From Actinomycetota bacterium (GTDB lineage: Bacteria; Actinomycetota; Geothermincolia; Geothermincolales; RBG-13-55-18), in the NCBI GenBank assembly GCA_014360655.1, contig JACIXC010000002.1:203959-267958 (forward strand): 64,000 nucleotides of DNA, in the 5' to 3' direction. This document shows positions 28,701 to 36,160 of the stretch, piece by piece. The notes under the pieces are model-generated. The model made no database searches. It saw only the letters and a list, made by a program, of their open reading frames with translations, and was not told where the DNA came from. Numbering within the stretch: position 1 is the stretch's first letter; every line of letters begins with the position of its first letter. The position numbers and the translations under genes are program-made.

Positions 28701-28772
28701 GGGTGGGACATGGACATGTGCGGTACGCTCCTTCCGGGAACCTGCCTGGCGGAGGGGGCGGGAGGGAAGTGA
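25683..28772 (+). CDS. Carbamoyl-phosphate synthase large-subunit homolog with degenerate ATP-grasp motifs (possible pseudoenzyme); exact start uncertain
   Basis: 1029-aa intact ORF in the carB/pyrAB position. Recognisable CarB architecture (RPHFSCGGWGAGIAYN, LDVNPRPWRTTP, second half IMVLGG...DITPGASRETPF). Well-conserved C-terminal MGS-like domain (VFLSVADREKRRVVLLARELREAGYRLAATRGTARTLKAAGMPVKVVNKLQEGRPN). Confidence 0.75.
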   Translation: MPFPIWGVAPVVRDRVALVVGPGPVTLQEGTCVQYMAARLCRYLHERGYRVVVLEDNPATLMDAWEEVEGIYVEPPLPEVVLQAAEKAGAASVWLGMAGRRGWELFKALAAEGAPERLGISVPDVDDRVLWLCGDRGLLRETLEERGFSNPAFRSVDSVHEGQRAAAELSFPLVVRPHFSCGGWGAGIAYNGEELPAVLEEALRESPAGEALVEESLAGYRKYVVVLLRDADGECRVAGTCEQLEPLPLHEEDAVLVVPPATADEGVYALHEAAREAADALGLVGVAEVKIAVSAGWEDLYVLDVNPRPWRTTPLVEVALGRDLLRTHLDLLLGGGHAAGSLASPQGPRGVIVSLPRFFYAEEEGEGCIHLRCRAVGRTILAGKTTEEAAAAALRYLVLEGRGKGWGEGWLRSTEGLLSALLHRPAAYRRRSGGTVAGGGFLPPRAGAPDVPEEAPAAGGVTGGRYEGTVEGCGDTGPGTVGGAQVESRMEALSGSPPSRGYPLCLVRRPAGAPGEGKRGIMVLGGDNGVPGGGHERNFAALRAALTAARNGIAASLYACDASFALLAVEAVDAVFLGPLSPGGVVEAVRGAAADALCCQFAGEEGLRCGVAVREGGEGVALLEQEVAAPEDTGLAQWAHRGVRTVPFAAGRGEARAFLKRCAFPVLADAAPPGGPARRRIIFSEEEGEGFLSRCGDDRVLLRQLSEEAQEVLVEAVAAHGEARALLIWEKLEDKGTASSEGLAVFPPLHLTSHQAEAAERLAREVISRLPWRGNLSMRMLIADGDALLLDITPGASRETPFLARASGLPLPEMGMEALLGKGEARLPAREDACAWRCPETPLGIIAAEDIIPEAGERSTGSRVVMAKNISLALAKLHVAQGILPRPGGRVFLSVADREKRRVVLLARELREAGYRLAATRGTARTLKAAGMPVKVVNKLQEGRPNALDLMRNGEIQLVINVPRGRKPKSDGFYIREDAARHGIPCITDMEVAMALVRGLRVCGAAGWDMDMCGTLLPGTCLAEGAGGK

Positions 28773-29569
28773 GCCTGCCGGCGCGATACATTGCAACCGT
28801 TCTGGAGAGAAGGGATTACGGTTGCGCCAGCGAGCTGGTGTTCGCTGTCCCCGGGGATTTCGATCCGCAGCCCGGACAGTTCGTGCACGTATTGTGCGGG
28901 GACCGCGGGCGCATACTGAGGAGGCCCTTCAGTGTCTTCGACCGCGGGGAGGGAACGGCCTCCATCCTGGTGAGGGAGGCGGGAGCCGGCTCGTCGTGGT
29001 TGCGGGGCAGGGCGGAAGGGGAACGCCTGGACCTGCTGGGGCCCCTGGGGAGGGGCTTCTACACGGCGAAGCAGGAAATGAGCCTACTGGTGGCAGGAGG
29101 CGTGGGGATAGCGCCGCTCCATTTCCTTGCGAGGCGCCTGCGGCGGGCGGGAAAGCCCTTCCTGGTGGCCTGGGGGATGGAAAGTGCGGAGGAATTCGCG
29201 GGGCTTCCCGGCATCCTCGCGCGGGAGTTCGATCTGCGCATCGCATGCATGGACGGAGGAGCGGGGCCGGCGCGCTCCGCGGTTGATCTCGCATGTGGGA
29301 TGCATGACTGGCTCGAGGCGACGGTATACGCCTGCGGGCCGCGGGCCATGCTCGTAGCGCTGGCCGCCAGGGTGGCGGACGCGCAGGAGGGGGGGCTGGC
29401 GCGCCTGCAGGTGAGCGTGGAGGAGAGGATGGCCTGCGGGCTGGGGGTATGCCGTGGCTGTGCCGTTCCGGCCGCACGGCCGCCGGGCTCTTACCTGGCC
29501 GCGTGCAGCGACGGGCCCGTGTTCGGGGGAGATGAGCTGGATTGGGAGCGCATGGCGGCGTTGACCTGA
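28769..29569 (+). CDS. pyrK: Dihydroorotate dehydrogenase (class 1B) electron-transfer subunit PyrK
   Basis: GTG at 28769 in a GTGA overlap with the carB-like stop (the long upstream in-frame extension from 28181 is rejected). RRPFS FAD motif, GGVGIAP, and the C-terminal 2Fe-2S Cys cluster CGLGVCRGCAV...C. Confidence 0.85.
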   Translation: MSLPARYIATVLERRDYGCASELVFAVPGDFDPQPGQFVHVLCGDRGRILRRPFSVFDRGEGTASILVREAGAGSSWLRGRAEGERLDLLGPLGRGFYTAKQEMSLLVAGGVGIAPLHFLARRLRRAGKPFLVAWGMESAEEFAGLPGILAREFDLRIACMDGGAGPARSAVDLACGMHDWLEATVYACGPRAMLVALAARVADAQEGGLARLQVSVEERMACGLGVCRGCAVPAARPPGSYLAACSDGPVFGGDELDWERMAALT

Positions 29570-30483
29570 GGGTGGAACTGGGCGGGATCACCCTGCGGAA
29601 CCCCGTGCTGGTGTGCTCGGGCACCTTCGGGAACGGCAGGGAGATGGCTGCGTGGATGGACGTGAAGGAGCTGGGCGGGGTGATGACCAAGGCGGTGACC
29701 CTCGCTCCCTGCGCGGGGAACCCGCCGCCACGCGTCTGGGAGACGCCCTCGGGCATGCTCAACGCCATCGGGCTTGAGAACAAGGGGCTGGAGAGGTTCC
29801 TCGCCGAGGACCTCCCCTGGCTGAACGCCATGCAGGTGCCGGTGTGGGTGAACGTGGCGGGCTTCACGCGGGAGGAGTACGTGGAGGTGTCGCGCGAGGT
29901 GTCCCGCTCCGGGTTGGCCTCCGCCCTGGAACTGAACATATCCTGCCCCAACGTGAAAAAGGGAGGATTGCACTTCTCGGCCGAAAAGGGCGAGGCGGCG
30001 CGCCTGGTGAGCGAGGTTAAGGAGGTGTCCGAGATACCCGTGTACGTGAAGCTATCGCCGAACACGGGCGATATCGCGGGGTTCGCCGGGGCCATGGTGC
30101 GGGCGGGGGCTGACGGCATAAGCCTCATCAACACCATCCCGGCCATGGCCGTCGACGTGGAGACGGCGCGCCCGCGCCTGGGGAACGTCACCGGGGGACT
30201 GTCAGGGCCCGCCGTGCACCCGGTGGCCGTGCGCATGGTGTGGGAGGTGGCTCAGGCGGTCGACGTGCCCATCATAGGCATGGGCGGTATCTGGAGCTGG
30301 ATGGACGCGGCCGAGATGCTCATGGTAGGGGCGGACGCGGTTGCCGTCGGCACCCTCAACTTCAGGGACCCGGCGGCCGCCCTGGGCGTGGTGGAGGGAC
30401 TGGCGTCTTTCATGCTCAGGAAGGGATACCGCAGGGTGGGCGACATGGTGGACCTCGTGCATCGCGGGCGGGACATGCCGTGA
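29542..30483 (+). CDS. pyrD: Dihydroorotate dehydrogenase, class 1B catalytic subunit
   Basis: 313 aa with LRNPV..CSGTFG, GLENKG, NISCPNV (catalytic Cys) and GGI motifs. Confidence 0.95.
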   Translation: MGAHGGVDLRVELGGITLRNPVLVCSGTFGNGREMAAWMDVKELGGVMTKAVTLAPCAGNPPPRVWETPSGMLNAIGLENKGLERFLAEDLPWLNAMQVPVWVNVAGFTREEYVEVSREVSRSGLASALELNISCPNVKKGGLHFSAEKGEAARLVSEVKEVSEIPVYVKLSPNTGDIAGFAGAMVRAGADGISLINTIPAMAVDVETARPRLGNVTGGLSGPAVHPVAVRMVWEVAQAVDVPIIGMGGIWSWMDAAEMLMVGADAVAVGTLNFRDPAAALGVVEGLASFMLRKGYRRVGDMVDLVHRGRDMP

Positions 30484-30604
30484 CGCCGGGGGGAAGGCGC
30501 GGAGCGCAGGGTCTTTCCGCCGCCGCGTCGCGTGGGGAGGGCATGGTTTCGCCGCTTGTGAGCGGGGACCCGGCGGAGACGTCGATTTGCAGGAAGGTGC
30601 AAGG

Positions 30605-31321
30605 ATGGCAAGGGTTGAAGACCCCTTCATACTGGCCCTGGATACCGGAGACAGGGAGCGGCTGCTGAGCCTGGCGCGCATCATGCGGGGCGAGGTGGCG
30701 ACGGTGAAGGTAGGCCTGGAGGCCTACACGCGCTGCGGGCCGGAGATACTTGTCGCGATGAAAGGAGCCGGTTACCGCGTCTTCGCCGACCTGAAGCTGC
30801 ACGACATCCCCAACACGGTGCGGGGTGCGGCGGCCGCGCTTGCCGAACTCGAGGTGGACATGTTCACCGTGCACGTGTGCGGCGGCAGGAAGATGCTGGA
30901 AGGGGCCGTGGAGGCCGCGCGGAAGGCGGCGCGGAAAAGAGGAACGGGAAAACCGCTTGTCCTCGGGGTGACGGTGCTCACCAGCCTGGATGAGGCGGGG
31001 CTGCGCGAGGCGGGCTGGGCGGGAGGCATGGAGGAAACGGTCCTGCGCATGGCCACCCTGGGATGGGAGTGCGGCCTGGACGGCTTCGTGTGCTCACCCC
31101 TCGAGTTGCGGGCGTTGCGCGAGGCGCTAGGCGGTGAGCCCCTCCTCGTGGCCCCGGGCATCAGGTTGCCGGGAGCGGAGAAACATGACCAGGCGCGCAC
31201 GGCGACGCCGCGGGAAGCCATGGAGGCCGGAGCGGATTACCTGGTGGTGGGGAGGTCGGTCACCTCGCATGCCGACCCGAGGGAGGCCATGAGGTCGCTG
31301 CGGCGCGCCGCAGGGACGTGA
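30605..31321 (+). CDS. pyrF: Orotidine 5'-phosphate decarboxylase
   Basis: ATG at 30605 (MARVEDPFILALD...) within ORF 30341-31321. DLKLHDIPNT motif, and PGIRL...DQ.R at the C-terminus. Confidence 0.9.
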   Translation: MARVEDPFILALDTGDRERLLSLARIMRGEVATVKVGLEAYTRCGPEILVAMKGAGYRVFADLKLHDIPNTVRGAAAALAELEVDMFTVHVCGGRKMLEGAVEAARKAARKRGTGKPLVLGVTVLTSLDEAGLREAGWAGGMEETVLRMATLGWECGLDGFVCSPLELRALREALGGEPLLVAPGIRLPGAEKHDQARTATPREAMEAGADYLVVGRSVTSHADPREAMRSLRRAAGT

Positions 31322-31436
31322 CGACGATGGGGAGGGAGGTTTATGAGGGGGCCGCAGCCGGGCATATAGAACATGTCGGGGCGGCCTGCGGGACGCATGA
31401 CGCCGCACGCGAGCGGAAGGAAGGGAGGAGCGGGCG

Positions 31437-32009
31437 ATGAACCAGTGGGAGGTGCTGGAGATACTGGAGCGAGAGGGCGCCGTGCAGAAGGGGCATTTCC
31501 TCCTCTCCTCGGGGCTGCACAGCGATACCTACGTGCAGTGCGCGAAGGTCCTGCAGTTCCCGAACCTTGCGGAGAGCCTGGCGAGGGAGATGGCGGGCGA
31601 GGCGGAGGAGCTCCGGCCGGAGCTGGTGATAAGTCCCGCCATGGGAGGCATCATCATCGGGTACATGGTGGCGCTGGCCCTGCGCAAGCGCATGGTTTTC
31701 GCCGAGAGGCAGGAGGGGCGCCTGACCCTGCGCCGCGGTCAGCAGGTGCACGAGGGGGAGAGGGCGATCATAGTGGAGGACGTCATAACGACCGGAGGCT
31801 CTGTGCTGGAGATCATGGAGCTGGTGCGGGAGCAGGGGGGCGAGGTGGTGGGCCTGGAGGCGATCATAGAGCGCGGAGACGACCGCGATTTCGGCGTGCC
31901 CAAGAAGGTGCTCCTGAGGCTGGATGCCCCGGTGTGGGAGGCGGCGGAGTGCCCCCTGTGCGCCCGGGGGTTGCAGTTGGAAATACCTGGCAGCAGGAGG
32001 CTGGAGTGA
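31437..32009 (+). CDS. pyrE: Orotate phosphoribosyltransferase
   Basis: 190 aa. GHFLLSSGLHS and the PRPP motif AIIVEDVITTGGS. Confidence 0.95.
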   Translation: MNQWEVLEILEREGAVQKGHFLLSSGLHSDTYVQCAKVLQFPNLAESLAREMAGEAEELRPELVISPAMGGIIIGYMVALALRKRMVFAERQEGRLTLRRGQQVHEGERAIIVEDVITTGGSVLEIMELVREQGGEVVGLEAIIERGDDRDFGVPKKVLLRLDAPVWEAAECPLCARGLQLEIPGSRRLE

Positions 32010-32119
32010 AAGGGGCGGCACGCCGCGAGCGCCTGGCTCGATGGCTTGTTTGCAGGTAAAAGGCGGTTTATACTTGTATGGACCATTGAGGTTAGGGTTT
32101 CGAACGGAGGAGGGATGAA

Positions 32120-32437
32120 ATGGCCAAGCAGAAGCTTCCGGAACTGACGCCCGAACAGCGCAAGTTGGCTCTGGAAAAGGCGGCCAAGGTCCGCAAGGAG
32201 AGAGCTGAGATAAAGAAGAAGCTGAAGGCGGGAAAACTCAAGGTAAGCGACGTGCTGAAACGAGTCGACGATGAGATATACGGCAAGATGACCGTCAAAT
32301 CGGTAATCGAGTCGCTGCCTGGCGTGGGGAAGCTGCGCGCGGCGAAGATCATGGAGGAGATCGGCATCAGCGAGACGCGGCGCGTCAAGGGGTTGGGACC
32401 CAAGCAGATCAGCGCCCTGAAGGACAAGTTCTCCTGA
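32120..32437 (+). CDS. mihF: Actinobacterial-type integration host factor (mIHF/sIHF)
   Basis: 105 aa. LTPEQRKLALEKAAKVRKERAEIKKKLK...SLPGVGKLRAAKIMEEIGISETRRVKGLG closely parallels Streptomyces/Mycobacterium IHF. Position before gmk. Confidence 0.9.
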   Translation: MAKQKLPELTPEQRKLALEKAAKVRKERAEIKKKLKAGKLKVSDVLKRVDDEIYGKMTVKSVIESLPGVGKLRAAKIMEEIGISETRRVKGLGPKQISALKDKFS

Positions 32438-32512
32438 GGATAACCTCGAGCAACGACTTTCCTCGAACAGGGAACCGCGAGAGTCGCACTGCGGTCTGAA
32501 AACACGGGAGAC

Positions 32513-33079
32513 ATGATGCGGCGTGGGCGCCTTTTCGTCGTGGCCGGGCCTTCCGGTGCGGGGAAAGGTACCTTGATAGCGGAGCTCCTTCGCCGTTACC
32601 CGCGGACGTGGCTCTCCGTTTCCGCCACCACGCGCCGGCCCCGTCCGGGAGAAAGGGAAGGAGTGGACTATTTTTTCCTGGAAGAGGAAGAGTTCGCGCG
32701 CAGAGCGGATGCGGGGGAATTCCTGGAATGGGCCGAGGTGCACGGAAAGCGCTACGGCACTCCCCGCACGCGGGTGTTGGATAAGATGCGGGAAGGATAC
32801 GACGTGCTGCTGGAGATAGACGTGCAGGGCGCCAGGCAGGTGAGGGAGAAGATGCCGGAAGCCGTGGCCGTTTTCGTGCGCACCCCCACCCTCCGGGAGC
32901 TGGAGAGGAGGTTGCGGGAAAGGGGGACTGAGAGCGAGGAGGAGATCGCGGAGAGGATGAGAAACGCCCGACGGGAGAACCGGGAGGCGGGGAACTTCGA
33001 CTACGTGATCACGAATGACGAGCTGTCTCGCGCGGTGGACGAGCTCTGTGCTATATATGAGAAGGAAAGCCGGTCCTGA
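32513..33079 (+). CDS. gmk: Guanylate kinase
   Basis: 188 aa. P-loop GPSGAGKGT, and SATTR.PR.GE..G.DYFF. Confidence 0.95.
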   Translation: MMRRGRLFVVAGPSGAGKGTLIAELLRRYPRTWLSVSATTRRPRPGEREGVDYFFLEEEEFARRADAGEFLEWAEVHGKRYGTPRTRVLDKMREGYDVLLEIDVQGARQVREKMPEAVAVFVRTPTLRELERRLRERGTESEEEIAERMRNARRENREAGNFDYVITNDELSRAVDELCAIYEKESRS

Positions 33080-33122
33080 AGGGATGGTTAATAAAGGAAA
33101 CGGAGGTTCTGGACAGGTGTTG

Positions 33123-33362
33123 ATGAAGACGAAGATCGACGATCTGCTGCAGGTGATGAACAATTCAAGGTTCGGTCTGACCATCGCGGCGGCAAAGAGG
33201 GCGCGCCAGATCAATAATTACTTCCGCCACCTGGGGGAAGGCCTGGGAAGCGAGGCGGGCCCGCAGGTTAGGTCCGCTTCCAACAAGGCCCTTTCCCTGG
33301 CCCTGGAGGAGATAGCCGAGGAGAAGCTCGAATTCGAGATGCCGGAGGACGGGGTAAAGTAG
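33123..33362 (+). CDS. rpoZ: DNA-directed RNA polymerase subunit omega
   Basis: ATG at 33123 within ORF 33015-33362. NSRFGLTIAAAKRARQIN motif. Position gmk-rpoZ-coaBC. Confidence 0.85.
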   Translation: MKTKIDDLLQVMNNSRFGLTIAAAKRARQINNYFRHLGEGLGSEAGPQVRSASNKALSLALEEIAEEKLEFEMPEDGVK

Positions 33363-33375
33363 AGCGGGTCTTCCC

Positions 33376-34575
33376 ATGAACCGCATAGTTTTCGGTGTCA
33401 CCGGAGGGATAGCCGCCTACAAGGCGGTGGATGCGGTGCGCCAGCTGGTGCTGCGGGGCTGCGACGTGAGGGTGATCATGACCGAGCATGCCACGCGGCT
33501 GGTGGGGCCGGAGACCTTCCGGGCGGTGAGCGGAAACCCCGTCGCGGTCAGCCTCTTCGATGCCGAGGGCAAACCCATCGAGCATATCTACCTGGCCAGG
33601 AACGCGGACCTGGTCATAGTGGCCCCCGCCACCGCCAACCTGCTGGCCAAGATGGCTCACGGTATCGCGGACGACCTCCTCTCCACCACGCTCCTGGCGA
33701 CGCGTGCACCGGTGCTCGTGGCTCCCGCCATGAACACCGCCATGTACCGCCACCCGGCCACGCAGGAGAACCTGAGGAAGCTGAGGGAGAGAGGGGTGCG
33801 CGTGGTGGGGCCGGAGAGCGGCGACCTGGCCTGCGGGGAGGAGGGGGAGGGGAGGATGGCCGAGCCCGCGCGCATAGTGGAGGCCGCCATGGAGGTCTTC
33901 GCGCTTGCGGGAGACCTGGCGGGAAGGCGCGTGCTGGTGACCGCGGGCGGCACGCGTGAGCCCCTGGACCCGGTGCGCTTCATCGGCAACCGGTCCAGCG
34001 GCAAGATGGGATACGCCCTGGCCGCGGCGGCGAAGCGCATGGGGGCGGAGGTGGTGCTGGTGAGCGGCCCCACGTACCTGGAACCCCCCGTCGGCGTTGA
34101 AGTGGTGAGGGTGGAGACGGCGGCGGACATGAGGGACGCGGTGATGTCCCGGGCGGCGGCGTGCCACGCGGTTGTCATGGCGGCGGCGGTGGCCGATTTC
34201 ACGCCCCGGGAACGCAGCGGGGAAAAGATCAAGCGCGGAGGAAAGAATTCCCTTACGCTGGAGCTGGTGCGTACCCCCGATATCCTGGGGGAGCTGAGCG
34301 AGAGCAGGAGTGCGGGGCAGGTGCTGGTGGGCTTCGCGGCGGAAACGGGAGACCTGCTCGAGCACGCGCGGCGTAAGCTGCGCGAGAAGCACGTGGACAT
34401 ATTGGTCGCGAACGACGTCTCGCTGCCGGGTTCGGGTTTTGACGAGGACCGCAACATGGCGGTGCTCCTTTTCCGCGACGGCGAAGAGAGGGCCCTTGAC
34501 CTCATGCCCAAGACCGAGCTGGCCGCCCTGATCATGAAGGAGGTTGCCGAGCTGCTGCGGGCGCAAAGGGAGTAG
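33376..34575 (+). CDS. coaBC: Bifunctional phosphopantothenoylcysteine decarboxylase / phosphopantothenate-cysteine ligase
   Basis: 399 aa with GVTGGIAAYKA (flavoprotein domain), PAMN..M and GNRSSGKMG (CoaB domain). Confidence 0.95.
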   Translation: MNRIVFGVTGGIAAYKAVDAVRQLVLRGCDVRVIMTEHATRLVGPETFRAVSGNPVAVSLFDAEGKPIEHIYLARNADLVIVAPATANLLAKMAHGIADDLLSTTLLATRAPVLVAPAMNTAMYRHPATQENLRKLRERGVRVVGPESGDLACGEEGEGRMAEPARIVEAAMEVFALAGDLAGRRVLVTAGGTREPLDPVRFIGNRSSGKMGYALAAAAKRMGAEVVLVSGPTYLEPPVGVEVVRVETAADMRDAVMSRAAACHAVVMAAAVADFTPRERSGEKIKRGGKNSLTLELVRTPDILGELSESRSAGQVLVGFAAETGDLLEHARRKLREKHVDILVANDVSLPGSGFDEDRNMAVLLFRDGEERALDLMPKTELAALIMKEVAELLRAQRE

Positions 34576-34624
34576 CCTTCTCAAGGAGTGGCTTTCCCGT
34601 GACGATAAAAATCTAGCCATCCTT

Positions 34625-35002
34625 ATGAGGGTCGCGCTGGCGTTGGAGGAGCGAGAAGTGGCAAAGCTGGTAAAGAGGGGCATCATCCTCAACGTCTCCA
34701 CGTACCCTTTGCCCACACTTCTGCCCAAGAAGGCCAACCACAGGTCGAAGACCCTCACCTTCGACATCAATTTCGACCTGGTCGAGGAGGAGGGGCACAG
34801 CGTCAAGGTCTGGTTCTACCGCGGGTTCCGCTTCCCGCCTCCCCTGGAGGACGGGGACAAGGTGGAGGTCATCGGCAAGTACGGTCGCGTTTCCAAGGAC
34901 ATATTCTACGCGTCGAAGATAATAGACCGCCGGCGAAAGAGAATATATACTGGTTTTCGGAACCGCAGGCTGAAGGAGGGCGAGGAGCCCGAGGAGAAGT
35001 GA
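34625..35002 (+). CDS. Hypothetical small basic protein (possible OB-fold)
   Basis: ATG at 34625 within ORF 34544-35002; 125 aa. Lower GC than its neighbours. GDKVEVIGKYGRVSKDIFYASKI segment. No family recognised. Confidence 0.4.
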   Translation: MRVALALEEREVAKLVKRGIILNVSTYPLPTLLPKKANHRSKTLTFDINFDLVEEEGHSVKVWFYRGFRFPPPLEDGDKVEVIGKYGRVSKDIFYASKIIDRRRKRIYTGFRNRRLKEGEEPEEK

Positions 35003-35029
35003 CCCCCCGCGCGGCGGGCCTGAGATTGC

Positions 35030-35117
35030 GTCGGAGTGGCGGAATCGGTAGACGCGCTAGGTTGAGGGCCTAGTGAGGAGCTTCCTCATGGGGGTTCAAG
35101 TCCCCCCTCCGACACCA
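35030..35117 (+). tRNA. tRNA-Leu (anticodon GAG), type II with long variable arm, CCA encoded
   Basis: Acceptor stem GTCGGAG/CTCCGAC. Anticodon arm CTAGG-TTGAGGG-CCTAG. Variable arm GAGGA-GCTT-TCCTC. T arm GGGGG-TTCAAGT-CCCCC. Discriminator A plus CCA. Confidence 0.95.
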
Positions 35118-35122
35118 GGATG

Positions 35123-35148
35123 AAACCCCGGCCGAGGCCGGGGTTTTA
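35123..35148. terminator. Hairpin terminator between tRNA-Leu and the convergent hydrolase gene
   Basis: AAACCCCGGCC-gag-GGCCGGGGTTT followed by T/A. Confidence 0.75.
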
Positions 35149-35159
35149 ACATGCCGCGT

Positions 35160-36047
35160 CTACGCGTGATCGGAGAGGAAATCCATGATGAGCGAGTTGA
35201 CCTCCTGCGGCCTCTCCTGCTGCACCCAGTGGCTGCACCCCGGTATGTACCTTATCTCTAACGGTCCCTCCACGGCGGTATGGAAGTCGTAGGTCAGCTC
35301 CTTCCCGAGCGCCCGGTCTTCCTCCGCCCAGATGACCAGGGTGGGGCACTTGACCTTGGGGGCGTTTTGCGACTGTCCCCGCGGGGAGCGCAGGAACTGC
35401 CGGAAGGCCGCACGGTAGTAGTTGATGCCCCCCGTGAGCGCCCCCGGCTTTGCGGCGGCCTCCTTGAACATGTCGATGTCGTGGGGCGTGAGGGCGCTCT
35501 TGTCGAGCAGCCATCCACGGAACAATCTCTTCACCATCAGGTAGTCGCGGCGGCGCATGAGGAGTTCCGGTAGGAAGGGGACCTGGAAGAGGAACATGTA
35601 ATAGGAGCGCCGCCTCTGCGCGGGGTTCTTCATGAGGTGGTCGATGAGCACTTCGGGAGGCGGGCAGTTGAGGATGATCAGGCGTTCGACCATGTGGTGA
35701 TAGTGGGCGGCGAAGGGCCAGGCCACACCCCCTCCCCAGTCGTGGGCCACCAGGACGGCACTCTCCTCGCCCAGGTGGCGGATGAGGCCGGCGACGTCCT
35801 CCATGAGCGCCCTTACCCGGTACCGGTGCACCCCCACCGGCTTTTCCGACTGGTTGTACCCCCTCATGTCGGGGGCCACCACGCGGAAGCGCTCCGCCAG
35901 CACGGGGATCTGGTGGCGCCAGGAGTACCAGAACTCCGGGAAGCCGTGGAGCAGGACCACCAGCGGCCCCTCACCCGCGCTGACGTAATGGAGCCGTATG
36001 TTGTTCACGTGGGCGTAATGATGTTCCCATCCGGGCGCGATCTCCAT
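35160..36047 (-). CDS. Alpha/beta hydrolase (epoxide hydrolase/haloalkane dehalogenase-like)
   Basis: 295 aa. LLHGFPEFWYSWRHQ, nucleophile elbow VAHDWGG, C-terminal His (GCSHWVQQE). Confidence 0.9.
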   Translation of the reverse strand: MEIAPGWEHHYAHVNNIRLHYVSAGEGPLVVLLHGFPEFWYSWRHQIPVLAERFRVVAPDMRGYNQSEKPVGVHRYRVRALMEDVAGLIRHLGEESAVLVAHDWGGGVAWPFAAHYHHMVERLIILNCPPPEVLIDHLMKNPAQRRRSYYMFLFQVPFLPELLMRRRDYLMVKRLFRGWLLDKSALTPHDIDMFKEAAAKPGALTGGINYYRAAFRQFLRSPRGQSQNAPKVKCPTLVIWAEEDRALGKELTYDFHTAVEGPLEIRYIPGCSHWVQQERPQEVNSLIMDFLSDHA

Positions 36048-36160
36048 GTCGACTACCCCCTTTCGCGAATCATGCCTTGTCGCAATTGTAACGCATGGAG
36101 GCCCCGGCGCGCCGTCCCGACCGTGTTGTGCGCGACAGGCCGGGGGTTTATAAAGATGGC

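Noticed and set aside
25683-28772. Annotating the CarB homolog as a plain pseudogene.
   Set aside because: The 1029-codon frame is uninterrupted. The MGS-like domain is well conserved, and the stop is translationally coupled to pyrK. It is kept as a CDS with a possible pseudoenzyme status; pseudogenisation is not excluded.
35030-36047. Genomic island integrated at tRNA-Leu.
   Set aside because: No integrase, no repeat of the tRNA 3' end, and the downstream genes are ordinary metabolic or transport genes of normal GC.
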